Source: Candidatus Zixiibacteriota bacterium (GTDB taxonomy: Bacteria > Zixibacteria > MSB-5A5 > GN15 > FEB-12). From it: a stretch of DNA of 64,000 bases. The notes beneath the pieces are model-generated. The model was not told the DNA's origin, made no database searches, and worked only from the letters and a program-made list of their open reading frames with translations. This document shows, in pieces, positions 62,672 to 64,000 of this stretch; the first letter of the stretch is position 1, and each line of letters opens with the position of its first letter. Location: NCBI GenBank assembly GCA_034439475.1, contig JAWXAN010000070.1:26906-90905 (forward strand). Reading direction: 5' to 3'. The translations under genes were made by a program, and so were the position numbers.

Positions 62672-63151
62672 TTAGTCGAATTCATTCCTGGGATCGGCGG
62701 GGACCTGCGCCAATCCAATCCGACCCATTGCTATATTCGCTTGACTGTAGCTTTCTCCTTTCATCGGAGCGCCATGAAGACGCCGGAGCATCGCCAGTTG
62801 TCCGGTATGCGTCAGGGCATCGGCAATCGGCCCTTGGAAGATTTTCGTCAGATCCGTTGCAATCGGCCCCTCTGTAGAGAGTGCATCATCGAACTTGCCA
62901 AGTGCTTTAAAAAAGCGTTCGCATTCCTGCGTCCAAGGGAGAGGCGTGGCATCGTTCCACTTGATATTCCCGCTCACCATGGTGAATGCCCAGTCGAACA
63001 CATCCCCCATGTGCGCCACAACCTGAACCGGAGTTTTTGAGGTAGGCCCCGGTTTAAAATCTGCAAATGACTCCGGTGCTCCGCGCATTGTCTTGGCCGC
63101 GCGGTATGCGAGAGTGGCTATTGTGTGTCTGAGAAACTCTCTATCGGTCAT
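62672..63151 (-). CDS. DinB-family (four-helix-bundle, metal-binding) protein
   Basis: MTDREFLRHTIATLAYRAAK...VVAHMGDV...ADALTHTGQLAMLRR fits the DinB-like His-triad helices. AGGAG lies 5 nt upstream of the ATG at 63151. The ORF-track start at 63175 is GTG. Confidence 0.55.
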   Translation of the reverse strand: MTDREFLRHTIATLAYRAAKTMRGAPESFADFKPGPTSKTPVQVVAHMGDVFDWAFTMVSGNIKWNDATPLPWTQECERFFKALGKFDDALSTEGPIATDLTKIFQGPIADALTHTGQLAMLRRLHGAPMKGESYSQANIAMGRIGLAQVPADPRNEFD

Positions 63152-63349
63152 AAACTCTCCTGTTGGTATTCGCACCGTCTTGGCTCATCCGGAGCCGGGT
63201 GTTCCATTTCAATGTTCCGTCGGGCCTTGCCCATACCGAGGCTTTACCGAGGGATAAGTGTAACCTGAAGGAACATTTTTAACAAGATCACTTTAGAAAT
63301 CTTCGAATTGCCTGAATTTTTGCCTAGTTCGCAAAATCGTTCTAAATAG

Positions 63350-63422
63350 CTCCCGCGGCAGGACTCGAACCTGCGACCCGCTGATTAACAGTCAGCTGCT
63401 CTACCAACTGAGCTACACGGGA
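63350..63422 (-). tRNA. tRNA-Asn (anticodon GUU)
   Basis: The reverse complement is TCCCGTGTAGCTCAGTTGGTAGAGCAGCTGACTGTTAATCAGCGGGTCGCAGGTTCGAGTCCTGCCGCGGGAG. The acceptor stem is 7 bp, with a D-loop AGCTCAGTTGGTAGAGC, an anticodon loop CTGTTAA and a T-arm GGTTCGAGTCC. CCA is not encoded. Confidence 0.9.
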
Positions 63423-63696
63423 GTGTCAGACAATGATTCAATTTGAACGACGCCCCCAAAAACAGCTACCCCGCTCTTGTGCTAACTGATTGTCTCACAA
63501 AAGCTCCGTAACCGCTTCAAAGGCAGGCAATAGTATATCCCTTTTCCGGCCGTTGTCAACGCCTTTTTCCGTCCTATTTTATCTATAATAAAAATTAAAA
63601 TGCCCGCTTGAGCCTTGCGGAACAAATCAAAAAAACTCACGTACAACCGACCAGATATACGACCAACAACCACTTTTTTAAAGGAGTACTAACACT

Positions 63697-64000
63697 ATGA
63701 AAAGGATTCTCCCGCAGTCTCTTATCTTTGCATTGGCTGTGCTTTTCATCGGCGGCGACACTATCGCCCAGACAAAATATCGCTCCAAACGCTCCCCGAA
63801 CACCAATCATGCCCGCCTCGGTGTCTTTACCCAAACAGTCGATGACGACCTCGTGGACGCCTTCAAACTCAAAGTTGCTTATGGCGTCATTGTCAATTCC
63901 GTCGTCGATGACTCTCCCGCCGAAAAGGCCGGAATCGAAGAAGACGATATTATTATCGCCCTCAATGGCGACAGAATTACAGACGAAGATGAGCTTATTG
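63697..64000 (+). CDS. Secreted PDZ-domain protein, N-terminal part (runs off the right edge)
   Basis: AAGGAG lies 9 nt upstream of the ATG at 63697. The signal peptide is MKRILPQSLIFALAVLFIGGDTIAQ. YGVIVNSVVDDSPAEKAGIEEDDIIIALNGDRITDEDEL gives the PDZ pattern. Confidence 0.6.
   Translation, partial: MKRILPQSLIFALAVLFIGGDTIAQTKYRSKRSPNTNHARLGVFTQTVDDDLVDAFKLKVAYGVIVNSVVDDSPAEKAGIEEDDIIIALNGDRITDEDELI

Noticed and set aside
62318-63040. ORFs at 62318-62617 (minus) and 62651-63040 (plus)
   Set aside because: The first reads through the GIY-YIG start in another frame. The second is antisense to the DinB-like gene.

Overview
This is a 64-kb chromosomal segment from what looks like an uncultivated diderm bacterium. 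TonB-dependent, FadL-type and TolC-type outer-membrane proteins, a T9SS-type C-terminal sorting domain and GG-N10-GC promoters suggest an FCB-superphylum-like lineage, but that is inference only. I can support about 50 protein genes, one tRNA-Asn(GUU) and one TPP riboswitch. I saw no rRNA, CRISPR array, transposase, integrase or phage structural genes.

Layout:
- 0-19 kb: transport and sulfur or amino-acid housekeeping. This covers a SulP permease, RidA, an MhqE/MhqD-like dioxygenase plus esterase pair, a TPP-riboswitch-controlled TonB receptor plus SSS transporter, greA, a CBS-like plus cystathionine gamma-lyase pair, a PIG-L deacetylase, and a FadL-like OMP plus esterase-fold lipoprotein.
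- 19-40 kb: exopolysaccharide export and priming genes behind -24/-12 promoters, a thiol/persulfide redox trio, NfeD-stomatin, a MEMO-AMMECR1 fusion, an adhesin or tail-fibre-like protein, an MFS transporter and a K-channel-like protein.
- 40-64 kb: a T9SS substrate, two Ser/Thr kinases, a cusCBA-type efflux operon, a GAF-AAA+ sigma-54 activator next to a three-gene operon of unknown secreted proteins, a DinB-like protein, the tRNA and a PDZ protein.

Most interesting observations:
1. A diverged inverted duplication of a two-gene module (GIY-YIG nuclease plus a 68-aa membrane protein) brackets a 16.3-kb segment. That segment holds the metal-efflux operon, a kinase, the sigma-54 activator and the unknown operon.
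2. The unknown three-gene envelope operon has a textbook sigma-54 promoter. It shares an upstream motif (CCTTGTCT-N9-TTCWGA) with the promoter of the polysaccharide-export gene 38 kb away.
3. A stand-alone prokaryotic YEATS-like protein keeps the reader-pocket residues.
4. Several family members have lost or changed signature residues: an esterase-fold protein without the nucleophile Ser, a HisC-like protein without the PLP lysine, AMMECR1 without LRGCIG, a K-channel fold with an SGMGPVD filter, and CusA with an approximately 88-aa Ser/Gly/Met-rich insertion.
5. Five intergenic clusters are built from shuffled short hairpin repeat modules (BIME-like).

All functional calls come from reading the translated sequence by eye. 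No database search was run.
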